DNA of 46,911 bases from assembly GCA_002753745.1 (NCBI GenBank), contig PEAR01000003.1:1-46911 (forward strand), read 5' to 3'. Both the position numbers and the translations under genes were made by a program. Of the stretch, positions 10,227-21,556 are shown one piece after another. Position 1 is the first letter of the stretch; every line of letters starts with the position of its first letter. Origin of the DNA: Candidatus Omnitrophota bacterium. GTDB taxonomy: Bacteria > Omnitrophota > Gorgyraeia > Zapsychrales > Fredricksoniimonadaceae. The notes under the pieces are model-generated. The model was not told where the DNA came from. It was given only the letters and a program-made list of their open reading frames with translations, and did no database searches.

Positions 10227-11932
10227 TATTTCCTTGGAGATACCTTGATCTCAATGATTGATGATCGGCGGGCTTTCAGGGCTTGACGATAGATTAACTC
10301 AAAAGACCTGGCCGATAACGGAGCGGCATAACGGATCTTGAATAAAGCAGCTGCCGCAGCAAAAGACAACCCGTGAGGAGTTTTGAAAAACCGATCAAAG
10401 ATCAGATGATCTGCCGCGACCGGAAGATGCGTAAAGATCCCGCCACCATTATTATTCATGACCACAATAATCAGTCTTTGATCTAGCGACCGCAAAAGCG
10501 CCAAGGCGTTGAGGTCATAAAGAAATGCCAGGTCCCCGATCATCAATGTCGTGGTTCGACCGAGCCCCTCGGCGAAACCGGCAGCCGAAGCAATGATCCC
10601 GTCAATGCCTGATGCGCCGCGGTTGGCACCAACCACTACGGGATGACCGTCAGCAGATGCATACATATCCATATCACGAACTGGCATGCTGTTACTCAGG
10701 AACAATCCATCACCGGCCGGGATCAGACGAGAAACGCGTCGGGCAATGATCGGCTCTGACAGGTCATTTCTCGAATCATCCTTTCGCAGTTGATTGCTCC
10801 ATCGGGAATTCTCACGCTTTAACATCAACAATAACCCGGAAGATGAGCGTTGGGGGATCAACGGCAGTATAGAATCGATAAAAAGCGCAGGAGTGACTGT
10901 CAGCCGCGCCGTGACCTGATGAAGAGGGTCACTTCGTAAGGGATGACCGAGAGCCATAACATATTCTTTAAGGTCGCAAAGCGCTAATTGATCATAACAA
11001 CGTTTAGACGTCATCCGGCCGCCAAAATGGATAACACCGTCGACACTGGACAGCACTTTCTTGTTTAATAGTACCTGATCGTAATAAGTGATGACATTGG
11101 GATGATCATTGCCAAGGCGGAGCCCTGATGTTATATCAGCAAAGACAGGAAACTGTAATCTCTCTGCAAGCGTCAAAACGGCCTTTTGGTCGCGTGATGT
11201 CGAAAGTTTCCCTGCGAGAATAATGCCGTTCTTAATCCGGCCAAAACGGGTACTGATATCACTTAATGTGTCTGCCGTTAAAATAGAAACCTTAGGATAA
11301 TAGTGCGTATAGACGTTATTGGAACAGGCCCAGTTGGTAAGTAAAGCCGTATACCGGGAGAGCCCTCTATTGGAAATGGCCGGCGACAAAGGTTCTCGGA
11401 ACATCATATTCAAATGTACCGGACCGGATAACTCCCCCCTCGCCCGGCTTATCAAATGTCCGGCAGTTGTCAAAACGAACTGCGGCGGGATATCCCGGGA
11501 AGGACATGGCATATCAAAAGACCATCTTACATACGCCTGATATAATCCAGATTGTTCGATCGTCTGGGCAGCACCGGTTTTCTGAAGCTCAGGAGGACGG
11601 TCAGCGGTAAGAATGATCAGCGGCAATTTCTTCTTTGAAGCTTCAATAATCCCCGGCAGGAAATTAGCCGCCGCCGTACCGGATGTACAAATGAGAACGG
11701 CAGGCTTCCCGGAAGATGCCGCGTACCCGCAGGCCATAAAAGCCAGGGCGCGTTCGTCAAAATGAACAAAAACGCGAACCTTTTTATTATGACCAATAGC
11801 CGAGGCTATTGGTGCTGACCGTGATCCGGGTGCCACAAAAAAATGATCTGCCCCCTGACGACGCAACTCCTCGACCAATAGAGATGACCATAAATAATTG
11901 ATATTGGGCTGCTTTAATAAATTATCTGCCAT
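10226..11932 (-). CDS. menD: SEPHCHC synthase (TPP-dependent, menaquinone pathway)
   Basis: PGSRSAP, HFDERAL, CTSGTAAAN, TADRPPEL, NRGASGIDG, GDLAFLYD, NNNGGGIF. Confidence 0.96.
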   Translation of the reverse strand: MADNLLKQPNINYLWSSLLVEELRRQGADHFFVAPGSRSAPIASAIGHNKKVRVFVHFDERALAFMACGYAASSGKPAVLICTSGTAAANFLPGIIEASKKKLPLIILTADRPPELQKTGAAQTIEQSGLYQAYVRWSFDMPCPSRDIPPQFVLTTAGHLISRARGELSGPVHLNMMFREPLSPAISNRGLSRYTALLTNWACSNNVYTHYYPKVSILTADTLSDISTRFGRIKNGIILAGKLSTSRDQKAVLTLAERLQFPVFADITSGLRLGNDHPNVITYYDQVLLNKKVLSSVDGVIHFGGRMTSKRCYDQLALCDLKEYVMALGHPLRSDPLHQVTARLTVTPALFIDSILPLIPQRSSSGLLLMLKRENSRWSNQLRKDDSRNDLSEPIIARRVSRLIPAGDGLFLSNSMPVRDMDMYASADGHPVVVGANRGASGIDGIIASAAGFAEGLGRTTTLMIGDLAFLYDLNALALLRSLDQRLIIVVMNNNGGGIFTHLPVAADHLIFDRFFKTPHGLSFAAAAALFKIRYAAPLSARSFELIYRQALKARRSSIIEIKVSPRK

Positions 11933-13277
11933 CGATCACGTCCATGATGTTTTTCATTTTTAATCCTATCTCTTCCCATTCCCCAAGCGCATCTGATCCC
12001 CGCACAACGCCGGCACCGCCGTAAATATACCAGCTCGTCCGGCGGATCAGGCAGGAACGGATCCCGACAGCCATTTGCGCCTCATCACGATTCAACCATC
12101 CGATCGTTCCCGCATACCAGCCCCGGTCAAACGGCTCTACAGAAGCTAACAAATCAATTGCCTTTCTCGTCGGCACACCGCCAACTGCCGGCGTAGGATG
12201 CAAAGCGTTAATGATAATCTCGTCATTAACACCATCCAAGAGACGACCTCGCAGGCATTGATAAAAGTGGCGCTGATTAGCAAGCTCAACCATCCCGCCT
12301 TTGCCGTGAGCTTTTGACAATACACATAATGACTTAAGCCGATCCGCCAGCATGTCAACGACCTGTTTATGTTCAAGCTTGTCTTTTGTCGATGTTGCAA
12401 GGGCTTCCTTGAAGCGCTGGTCCTCCCATTCATCCTGACTGCGAGGGCGGGTACCAGCCACCGCAAATGTATCCAGTCGATCGCGGCGGCGATGATAAAG
12501 TAATTCAGGAGAAACCCCGAGAAATGCGGTCTGCGGTGCCGGCTGACACATAAACGCATAGCCTTGCTGCCCTAACAGCCGGGCCATCACCGCTTCAGGC
12601 GCGGCATAATGACTCATTTCAAGATGAAGACAGCGCGCAAGCACAACTTTAGAAATATCGCCCGCATCGATATATTCTAAAATGGCCGCAACGATCTTCT
12701 CCCAATTTTCGTACGAAGGCAACTCCTGGCGAGACAGAATATCAAACGAAATAGCGGAGTGATCTTCCCTGTAAAAAATAGTAGCCAGGTCAGCCAAGGT
12801 TGACTCGATCAATCCATCCTGGCGTTCTAACAGGACCAGCTGACAGATCAAATGCCAGTGAGCGCTAATCGGGTCACGTTCAAAACCGATCTTGGGTACA
12901 ACCATGGAAAAAGCGTCAAAATCAGACCATTCACGACCATGGATCCTGGGATAAAACGATCCTCCGATCCAGCAGCGCAGTGACGGTTCCTGGGTTATCC
13001 ATGAACGAAGATCCTCCCATTGTTCACCCGTAGATGCACGATCAGACCCTGTATGAATATAAGCAGCTCCCGCATAAGCCAACACGCGCCCGCCGTCATC
13101 ACTACGCCAAAAGAACTTTGGGAATTCTTTCTGGGATGCCAGCCAGGATAATGGGTCATACTGATCTCCCACATCAACCTGTACCCGAATAGCAGCAGGA
13201 AACTTGCCTGCCGCGACCGCCTTGGCATATTCCCTTGTTAAATGACGTATTAATGCTTTTACGGGATCGGAATTCAT
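11922..13277 (-). CDS. menF: Isochorismate synthase
   Basis: KVVLAR, GVSPELL, AVAGT, LHPTPAVGG, RGWYAG, VGIRS; adjacent to menD. Confidence 0.9.
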   Translation of the reverse strand: MNSDPVKALIRHLTREYAKAVAAGKFPAAIRVQVDVGDQYDPLSWLASQKEFPKFFWRSDDGGRVLAYAGAAYIHTGSDRASTGEQWEDLRSWITQEPSLRCWIGGSFYPRIHGREWSDFDAFSMVVPKIGFERDPISAHWHLICQLVLLERQDGLIESTLADLATIFYREDHSAISFDILSRQELPSYENWEKIVAAILEYIDAGDISKVVLARCLHLEMSHYAAPEAVMARLLGQQGYAFMCQPAPQTAFLGVSPELLYHRRRDRLDTFAVAGTRPRSQDEWEDQRFKEALATSTKDKLEHKQVVDMLADRLKSLCVLSKAHGKGGMVELANQRHFYQCLRGRLLDGVNDEIIINALHPTPAVGGVPTRKAIDLLASVEPFDRGWYAGTIGWLNRDEAQMAVGIRSCLIRRTSWYIYGGAGVVRGSDALGEWEEIGLKMKNIMDVIDGR

Positions 13278-14005
13278 TTCAAGCTTACCTGGGGAAGCTC
13301 ATCTTTCTTTGCCAAATATAATGTCACAGCGCCAAACGCCATCGATGTCACGCAAACATCCTTGAATCCCGCCTGACAAAACATTCTTAGAAATCTATTT
13401 CGATCAGGAAACGAAAGGATACTCCGGCCAAGATGCTGATACGCTGCCCAGTTTCCAGTCAACAATAGGCCGGCAAGCGGCACCATAAACCCTAAATAGA
13501 AAGAGTGAAGTACAACTGCCAAACCACCTTTGGGACGCGAAAACTCAAGAACAGCGAAGGATCCCGAAGGTTTTAAAACACGATAAGCTGTTATAAAAAG
13601 ACGCATAATATCGGGTACATTGCGCAAAGCAAAACCAACCGTCACGGCATCAAAGGTGTCAGCTCCCATCGGCAGATCAAGAGCATCACCCTGAAGTAAG
13701 TTAATTCGTCGATCAGCAACAGCCTTGCTAACCCGAGTTTTTCCGATCGTAAGCATATTCTCAGAAATATCGACACCGACAATATTTGTGATCTTATCTC
13801 TGTATCGCGCCAACGCCAAAGGGATGGCTGCGGTGCCGCAGGCCAGATCAAGAACGGAAGTCGTTTGTGCCGGCAAAGCTTGTGCCAGACGCACACGCCA
13901 TGACTGATGGAACCCAAAAGACAAAAAAGCATTAACAAGATCATACCGCGCCGCAATATTGTTAAAAACCTTGTTGGATGCGTCGGTCGATAGACCCATG
14001 ATCAT
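13274..14005 (-). CDS. menG: UbiE/MenG demethylmenaquinone methyltransferase
   Basis: FNNIAARYDLVN, VLDLACGT, FALRNVPD, RVLKPSG, LEFS; located in the men cluster. Confidence 0.9.
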   Translation of the reverse strand: MIMGLSTDASNKVFNNIAARYDLVNAFLSFGFHQSWRVRLAQALPAQTTSVLDLACGTAAIPLALARYRDKITNIVGVDISENMLTIGKTRVSKAVADRRINLLQGDALDLPMGADTFDAVTVGFALRNVPDIMRLFITAYRVLKPSGSFAVLEFSRPKGGLAVVLHSFYLGFMVPLAGLLLTGNWAAYQHLGRSILSFPDRNRFLRMFCQAGFKDVCVTSMAFGAVTLYLAKKDELPQVSLK

Positions 14006-14006
14006 T

Positions 14007-14942
14007 TTATCCGTTCAGAAAATGCTCGGCCTCTAAAGCAGCCATACAACCGGAACCCGCTGCCACGATCGCCTGGCGATACTTCTTGTCTTGAACATCG
14101 CCACAGGCAAAAACACCCTGAATACTGGTAGCTGTTGTTCCTGGAATAGTTTTAATGTATCCCACCGGATCAAGATCAAGCTGACCAGCCAGAAAACCGG
14201 TATTAGGTAAATGCCCGATCGCATAAAATAGGCCGCCACATACCAAATCGGTTTTCTGTGCGGTCTTTGTATTCTGAACCTTTAAGCCAGTTATAATCTT
14301 ATCGCCGACAGCCTCAAGCGGCACCGTGTTCCACATTACCTCGATCTTGGGATTCTCCAGCAGGCGCTTTTGCATGGCTTTGGAAGCGCGCAATTGATCA
14401 CGACGATGCATCAGGATTACTTTCGAAGTATAATGAGTTAAGTGCGTGGCCTCTTCAACGGCGGTGTCTCCTCCACCGATAACGACCAAAACCTTATTTC
14501 GGAAGAAAGGCAATGCCCCGTCGCAAACAGCACAAGCGGAAATACCTCTCTGCCAGAATTTCTCTTCACCGGGGATATTCATCCTTTTAGCGGTAGCGCC
14601 CGTGGCAATGATCAGGGACCTTGAAGTATAAGCTGTCCCGCTTTCCGTAGTCACCGTAAAGGGAACGTTTCTCAGATCAACTTTCTCGATCGTTTCTGTC
14701 TCAATGCGCGCGCCGCATTTAAGCGCCTGCTCGCGCATCCTGGCCATGAGCTCAGGCCCGGTGATCGCCCCTGGAAACCCTGGAAAATTCTCGATCTCCG
14801 TTGTGGTAGTAAGTTGCCCCCCGGCCGCAACCCCGCCGGCCAGCATTCCCTCGAACATTAAAGGTTTTAAATTCGCCCGTGCCGCATATATTGCCGCCGT
14901 ATGCGCCGCCGGCCCTGAACCAATAATAATAACGTTTTCCAT
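14007..14942 (-). CDS. trxB: Thioredoxin reductase
   Basis: IIGSGPA, GGQLTTTTEIENFPGF, active-site CAVC, GGGDTAVEEA. Confidence 0.96.
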   Translation of the reverse strand: MENVIIIGSGPAAHTAAIYAARANLKPLMFEGMLAGGVAAGGQLTTTTEIENFPGFPGAITGPELMARMREQALKCGARIETETIEKVDLRNVPFTVTTESGTAYTSRSLIIATGATAKRMNIPGEEKFWQRGISACAVCDGALPFFRNKVLVVIGGGDTAVEEATHLTHYTSKVILMHRRDQLRASKAMQKRLLENPKIEVMWNTVPLEAVGDKIITGLKVQNTKTAQKTDLVCGGLFYAIGHLPNTGFLAGQLDLDPVGYIKTIPGTTATSIQGVFACGDVQDKKYRQAIVAAGSGCMAALEAEHFLNG

Positions 14943-14944
14943 AA

Positions 14945-16012
14945 TTAACCTTTATTGTTAAATGGTCTTAATTCGTTAACTGTTTTTAAACCTTGACCAT
15001 TGTCTTCTTCAGTTTGACGGTCAATGAGCTGATCTAACGGCACATCGGACTTGATCGTAAAGCCTGCATCTTTGATCATTTGCAGTGTTTGCTTATCCGA
15101 GGTCCCGCGGGCATTTAAATATCCCTGTAAAAACAATGAATTAGCGGCATATAGCCCCATCGCCTCCAAAGACCTTAAATGCATTTCACGTCCCGCGGCC
15201 ATTCTGATCTCAGCAGAAGGGTTGATCAAGCGGAATAAACATAAAACACGCAAACAGTATTCAGGCGTGAGGCCGTTTGCCTGTTTGATAGCGGCACCGG
15301 GAATCGGAATGAAGAAATTTACCGGAATTGATGCTGCATGATATTTTTTAAGCTGCATTGCCATATCCACCACATCAAGCGGCGTTTCCCCCATTCCAAC
15401 AATAACGCCGGAACAAACCGCCAGCCCTGCCTTCTTTGCCGCTTGTAAGGTAGATAACCGGTCACTATAAGTATGAGTCGAACAAATACGGCTGTAATAA
15501 CGCTCGGATGTATTCAAATTATGGTTAAGGCGGTCTAAGCCTGCCGCCTTTAGCTCGGCGGCTTGACCTTCTGTCACGATCCCGGGAGATACACAAACCT
15601 CTAAATTATATTGCTCTTTGATACGCCGAACAATACCACAAATCGTCTTAATACGGTTATCTGAAGGGCCAGTCCCGGCAAAAACCATGCAATAGCGATG
15701 AGCGCCTTGTTCGTAAGCCGCCTTGGCTTCCGCCAGAATCTCGGCCTCCGGCTTCATGGCATACGTCTCGATTGGAGCCTCGGAAGATCGAGATTGGGCG
15801 CAATAACGGCAATCCTCAGGGCAAAACCCATTTTGAACATTATTCAGAATATGCACCGTCACCTCACGGCCATAATGGGTCTTTCTATAAAAGTAAGCCG
15901 CAGATAGTAGTTCTATAAGATCTACGGCATCGGGAGCAAGCAGACGCAAACCATCCTCTACGGACAGGCCATGTTGCTCTTCAATTGTATTAATGATGTG
16001 ATTTAAGTTCAT
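14945..16012 (-). CDS. bioB: Biotin synthase (radical SAM)
   Basis: CPEDCRYCAQS (CxxxCxxC), NHNLNTS, VCSGVIVGMGE, SIPVN, IRMAAGRE. Confidence 0.95.
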   Translation of the reverse strand: MNLNHIINTIEEQHGLSVEDGLRLLAPDAVDLIELLSAAYFYRKTHYGREVTVHILNNVQNGFCPEDCRYCAQSRSSEAPIETYAMKPEAEILAEAKAAYEQGAHRYCMVFAGTGPSDNRIKTICGIVRRIKEQYNLEVCVSPGIVTEGQAAELKAAGLDRLNHNLNTSERYYSRICSTHTYSDRLSTLQAAKKAGLAVCSGVIVGMGETPLDVVDMAMQLKKYHAASIPVNFFIPIPGAAIKQANGLTPEYCLRVLCLFRLINPSAEIRMAAGREMHLRSLEAMGLYAANSLFLQGYLNARGTSDKQTLQMIKDAGFTIKSDVPLDQLIDRQTEEDNGQGLKTVNELRPFNNKG

Positions 16013-16162
16013 AAAGTGAATGCATCATAGTATTATGAAAAACAGCATTTTTAAAGTAAAATCAAATAGGAATTTCTTGACTGCAAAGGAACATTCAAAA
16101 CAGCTTGCTTTTCAGATGAATTGATCTATATTGGCGAGAGTAGTTTTACGACAGGATACCTT

Positions 16163-17956
16163 ATGGGCCATACATTTCATATACCCGTCATGGGAACAGG
16201 ATTTACCACTGACTCGCCAATCCGTGTGGGCCGTTATGGTATTTCCTCGGTTATTTCACTAGTTGATGATCATCTGGTCGAAGATCTGCGCAAATTCTAT
16301 GCCCAGCAGTATGGCGAAGAATATACGCCCATCAAGAAACATGATGATGACTGGCGCGCCCGCCGAATAACCGAGTACCTTAACCTGACTGACCGCATCA
16401 TAGAAAAACAAATCACTGGACTTAAAAACGCTCGTTTTGAACCCGGTAGCGAGATCACTAAATATTTTGAATTTCTTCCTGAAACATCCCCATTAACTAA
16501 ACTTTATCGTTCCATGCTTTCTTGCAGCGATCAGGAAGCCAAAGCGCTGCTTCAAGACGAACTGCGTACCCTGGTCACCCCGGGACGCATCGACGTTAAC
16601 ATCATGACAAAACTCGACAGGCTGAATTTTGCCAAAACAGGCGAACCCCTGCCGGATGAACATTCGGACGCCTTATCTGCCTTACGCGGTTATGCCAATA
16701 GTACTGTTCGCTCAGCGATTGTCCTTTCCGCCGGTTTTAATCGGCGTTTGTATACTTACATAGAAGAATTCCCCGACTTTTTCCCTGACATTAATGGGAT
16801 TATTAAAAAAGAAATCATCCTCAAAGTAAGTGATTACCGCTCTGCGATCACTCAGGGGAAGTTTTTGACCCGCAAAGGTTTATGGGTTTCAGAGTTTCGC
16901 GTCGAATCAGGATTGAACTGCGGTGGACACGCTTTCGCTGGCTCCGGTTATCTGATGGGGCCCATTCTTGAAGAGTTTAAACAGAGAAAACAGGAACTCA
17001 TTGATCAATTAGGAGCGCCCTATCTCGAAGTCTTAAAGACTAAAGGTAAAACATTACCGGCAAAACCTCTGGATTTCAGATTAACAGCGCAAGGCGGCAT
17101 TGGAACTTTTGCTGAAGATACTTTCTTAAGACGATACTACGGAGCCGTATCGACCGGTTGGGGATCGCCTTTTCTTCTAGTTCCCGAAGCTGTTCAGATC
17201 GATAAGGAAACGCTGGAGCGTCTTGCAGCTGCTGGCGAGAATGATATTTATTTAAGCGACGTTTCCCCCCTGAATGTGGCATTTAATAATTTAAGAAACT
17301 CGTTAAGTGAGATCAAGAAGTGCCTCCTGATCAATGCCGGTGAACCAGGAAGCCCCTGTCTTTTGGGCCATCTTGCCAACAATACCGAATTTACCAAGAA
17401 TCCTATTTGCACAGCATCACGCACCTATCAACGGTTAAAACTTGACGCTATTAAAGCCCTGGGCCTTCCACAGGAAGAATATGACCGGCAAGCGCGCAAG
17501 ATCACCAGCAAAGCCTGCATCTGCGCGCAGTTGGGAGACAGTTTCTATGTCAACGAAAATATCCCCAAGAAAGAAGGCACTTACCCAGCGGTATGCCCCG
17601 GCCCCAACATTGCCTATTTTAACCGTCCGGCATCATTGAAAGAAATGATCGACCATATTTACGGTCGTAAAAATATCATGCCTTTTAAGAACCGGCCCCA
17701 CATGTTCATTAAGGAGCTAAAACTCAATATCGAGCAATTTGAACTGCTTCTTGCCGATAAGACTGAAGACCCCGGGGGAAAAAGAAAATCAACAATTGAA
17801 GAATATCGGCAGAATTTAACTGACGGTATTGCCTACTATCGCACCATCGTTCCGTTATTATCCGAAGAAAGTGAAGCCGCTCGCGAGCGCTTCAACTATG
17901 ACCTGAATGAATGCGCCAGGATCGTGGCAGCATTAACGCCTTCAAAAACGACTTAA
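16163..17956 (+). CDS. Conserved hypothetical protein; probable FMN-binding TIM barrel (NMO/FabK/FabX-like) with a Cys-rich C-terminal half
   Basis: Long ORF, start placed at ATG 16163. Motifs FRVESGLNCGGHAF, TAQGGIG, STGWGSPFLLVPEA and SPLNVAF parallel nitronate monooxygenase/FabK motifs; clustered Cys in SPC, ICTAS, CIC and VCPGP. Confidence 0.6.
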   Translation: MGHTFHIPVMGTGFTTDSPIRVGRYGISSVISLVDDHLVEDLRKFYAQQYGEEYTPIKKHDDDWRARRITEYLNLTDRIIEKQITGLKNARFEPGSEITKYFEFLPETSPLTKLYRSMLSCSDQEAKALLQDELRTLVTPGRIDVNIMTKLDRLNFAKTGEPLPDEHSDALSALRGYANSTVRSAIVLSAGFNRRLYTYIEEFPDFFPDINGIIKKEIILKVSDYRSAITQGKFLTRKGLWVSEFRVESGLNCGGHAFAGSGYLMGPILEEFKQRKQELIDQLGAPYLEVLKTKGKTLPAKPLDFRLTAQGGIGTFAEDTFLRRYYGAVSTGWGSPFLLVPEAVQIDKETLERLAAAGENDIYLSDVSPLNVAFNNLRNSLSEIKKCLLINAGEPGSPCLLGHLANNTEFTKNPICTASRTYQRLKLDAIKALGLPQEEYDRQARKITSKACICAQLGDSFYVNENIPKKEGTYPAVCPGPNIAYFNRPASLKEMIDHIYGRKNIMPFKNRPHMFIKELKLNIEQFELLLADKTEDPGGKRKSTIEEYRQNLTDGIAYYRTIVPLLSEESEAARERFNYDLNECARIVAALTPSKTT

Positions 17957-17968
17957 CTTTTATTCCTT

Positions 17969-19933
17969 ATGCCTTCAATTTTCAAAAATATTAAAACTGC
18001 TCTTGTCGGCCAAGCTAAAAACCCATTCGACCGCACGATTTTCCATAAACTATCCTTGATCGCTTTCCTGGCCTGGATTGGTCTTGGCGCTGACGGCCTT
18101 TCTTCCTCCTGTTACGGACCTGAATCAGCCTTTTTGGCTCTTTCCGGACATACTTACCTTAGTATTTTTGTTGCCATTGCAACGGTCATCACGGTATTCC
18201 TGATCAGCGCCAGTTATTCACAGATCATCGAATTATTCCCTTCCGGCGGCGGTGGCTACCTGGTGGCCAGTAAATTGCTGAATCCATCCCTCGGGATGGT
18301 ATCTGGATGCGCGCTATTAATTGATTATGTTTTAACAATATCCCTCTCCATTGCAAGCGGAGCAGATGCTGTTTTTAGTTTTCTCCCTCCTGGCTGGCTG
18401 CCCTTTAAACTAGAGGTCGGCGTTTTTATTCTTATCGTCCTTACCATCCTTAATATGCGCGGTGTTCGGGAAACCATCGAGCCTCTTATTCCCATATTTC
18501 TTGTGTTTCTGGCGACCCATCTGTTTGCTATTCTTTACGCATTCTTCACTCACGCCGGTGAATTCCCTGTAATTGTGGCACAGGCCAGATCTGAGGCCGT
18601 TAATGCTTCCGCCCAAATCGGCGTTGCCGGTGTTATTTTGTTGATGCTTCGATCTTACAGTCTCGGAGCTGGTACGTACACCGGGATCGAAGCCGTAAGT
18701 AACGGTTTGCCCATCCTGCGTGAACCTCAGGTTGAAACAGGTAAACGCACCATGGCTTACATGGCCGTTTCCCTGGCATTTACCGTCTTCGGTCTAATGG
18801 CAGCCTATTTACTTTTTAAAGTCGTTCCTCAATCCGGGAAAACTCTTAACGCGGTACTCTTTGAGAACATGTCCGTTAACTGGGGCCCCTGGGGAAATGT
18901 CTTCCTGATCACAACGCTGGTATCTGAAGCTCTCCTGCTATTTGTTGCCGCACAAACAGGTTTTCTCGGTGGTCCCAAAGTTATCGCCAATATGGCGCTT
19001 GACCGCTGGCTGCCGAACAAGTTTGCGAACCTGAGCGACCGACTGGTCACCCAAAACGGCATTATGATCATGGGCATTGCAGCGTTAGTCACTCTTATTC
19101 TTGCAAATGGCAAAGTCCAGCTCCTGGTTATTTTCTACAGTATTAATGTATTCATCACATTCTTTCTTTCATTGCTCGGCATGTCCCGACACTGGTGGAA
19201 TGTTCGCCATGAAGATAAAAAATGGAAACAACGGATCACAATCAGCGGATTAGGCTTATTCTTAACCACCTTTATTCTGTTATCTGTCATTGTTATCAAG
19301 TTTAATGAAGGTGGATGGGTCACTCTATTTGTTACAGGCTCTCTTATCATCGCGGCAGTTCTGATCAAACGGCACTACCTGTCGGTAGCCAAACTTCTCC
19401 ATCGTCTAAATTCACTAGTTCATGCCACCACGATCACTGAGAAACCGAACTTCACCGGTATCCCAAAATTCGACACCACTGGACGGGTTGCCGTTATTCT
19501 GGTCAACGGTTTTAACGGTATGGGACTCCACTCCCTGTTTAATGTCACAAGATTTTTTGGTAAGGAATTCAAGAACTATATTTTCGTCCAGGTTGGCGTG
19601 ATCGATGCGGGGAATTTTAAGGGTGCAGCCGAGATCTCAAATCTCCAGATACAAATCCAAAAAGATCTTAGCCGTTATGTCGATTTTATGCACGAACAGG
19701 GCTACTTTGCGAAAGGTATCCCGTTTATGGGTGTAGACATTGTTAATGAAGCAGAAAAGATCATCGCGGTTGTCGCCAAGGATTATCCCAATGCCGTCGT
19801 CTTTGGCGGACAACTTGTATTCCCGGAAGATAATATCTGGACGCGTTGGCTGCATAACGACACGGCGTTCATTCTGCAGCGAAAATTCTACCAGGAAGGT
19901 ATTCCCTTCGTCGTATTGCCGATTCGAGTATAA
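17969..19933 (+). CDS. APC-superfamily permease, KimA/YdaO-like (probable K+ transporter)
   Basis: DGLSSSCYGPE, PSGGGGY, LLIDYVLT, TGIEAVSNG; about 12 TM helices plus a C-terminal cytoplasmic domain (RWLHN). Confidence 0.8.
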   Translation: MPSIFKNIKTALVGQAKNPFDRTIFHKLSLIAFLAWIGLGADGLSSSCYGPESAFLALSGHTYLSIFVAIATVITVFLISASYSQIIELFPSGGGGYLVASKLLNPSLGMVSGCALLIDYVLTISLSIASGADAVFSFLPPGWLPFKLEVGVFILIVLTILNMRGVRETIEPLIPIFLVFLATHLFAILYAFFTHAGEFPVIVAQARSEAVNASAQIGVAGVILLMLRSYSLGAGTYTGIEAVSNGLPILREPQVETGKRTMAYMAVSLAFTVFGLMAAYLLFKVVPQSGKTLNAVLFENMSVNWGPWGNVFLITTLVSEALLLFVAAQTGFLGGPKVIANMALDRWLPNKFANLSDRLVTQNGIMIMGIAALVTLILANGKVQLLVIFYSINVFITFFLSLLGMSRHWWNVRHEDKKWKQRITISGLGLFLTTFILLSVIVIKFNEGGWVTLFVTGSLIIAAVLIKRHYLSVAKLLHRLNSLVHATTITEKPNFTGIPKFDTTGRVAVILVNGFNGMGLHSLFNVTRFFGKEFKNYIFVQVGVIDAGNFKGAAEISNLQIQIQKDLSRYVDFMHEQGYFAKGIPFMGVDIVNEAEKIIAVVAKDYPNAVVFGGQLVFPEDNIWTRWLHNDTAFILQRKFYQEGIPFVVLPIRV

Positions 19934-19952
19934 AACTCATCCCTTATACTTA

Positions 19953-21555
<1,603 letters not shown>

Positions 21556-21556
21556 C

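Noticed and set aside
16013-16162. BirA operator or riboswitch between bioB and the hypothetical gene
   Set aside because: No TGTAAACC-N-GGTTTACA-type palindrome and no strong secondary structure visible.
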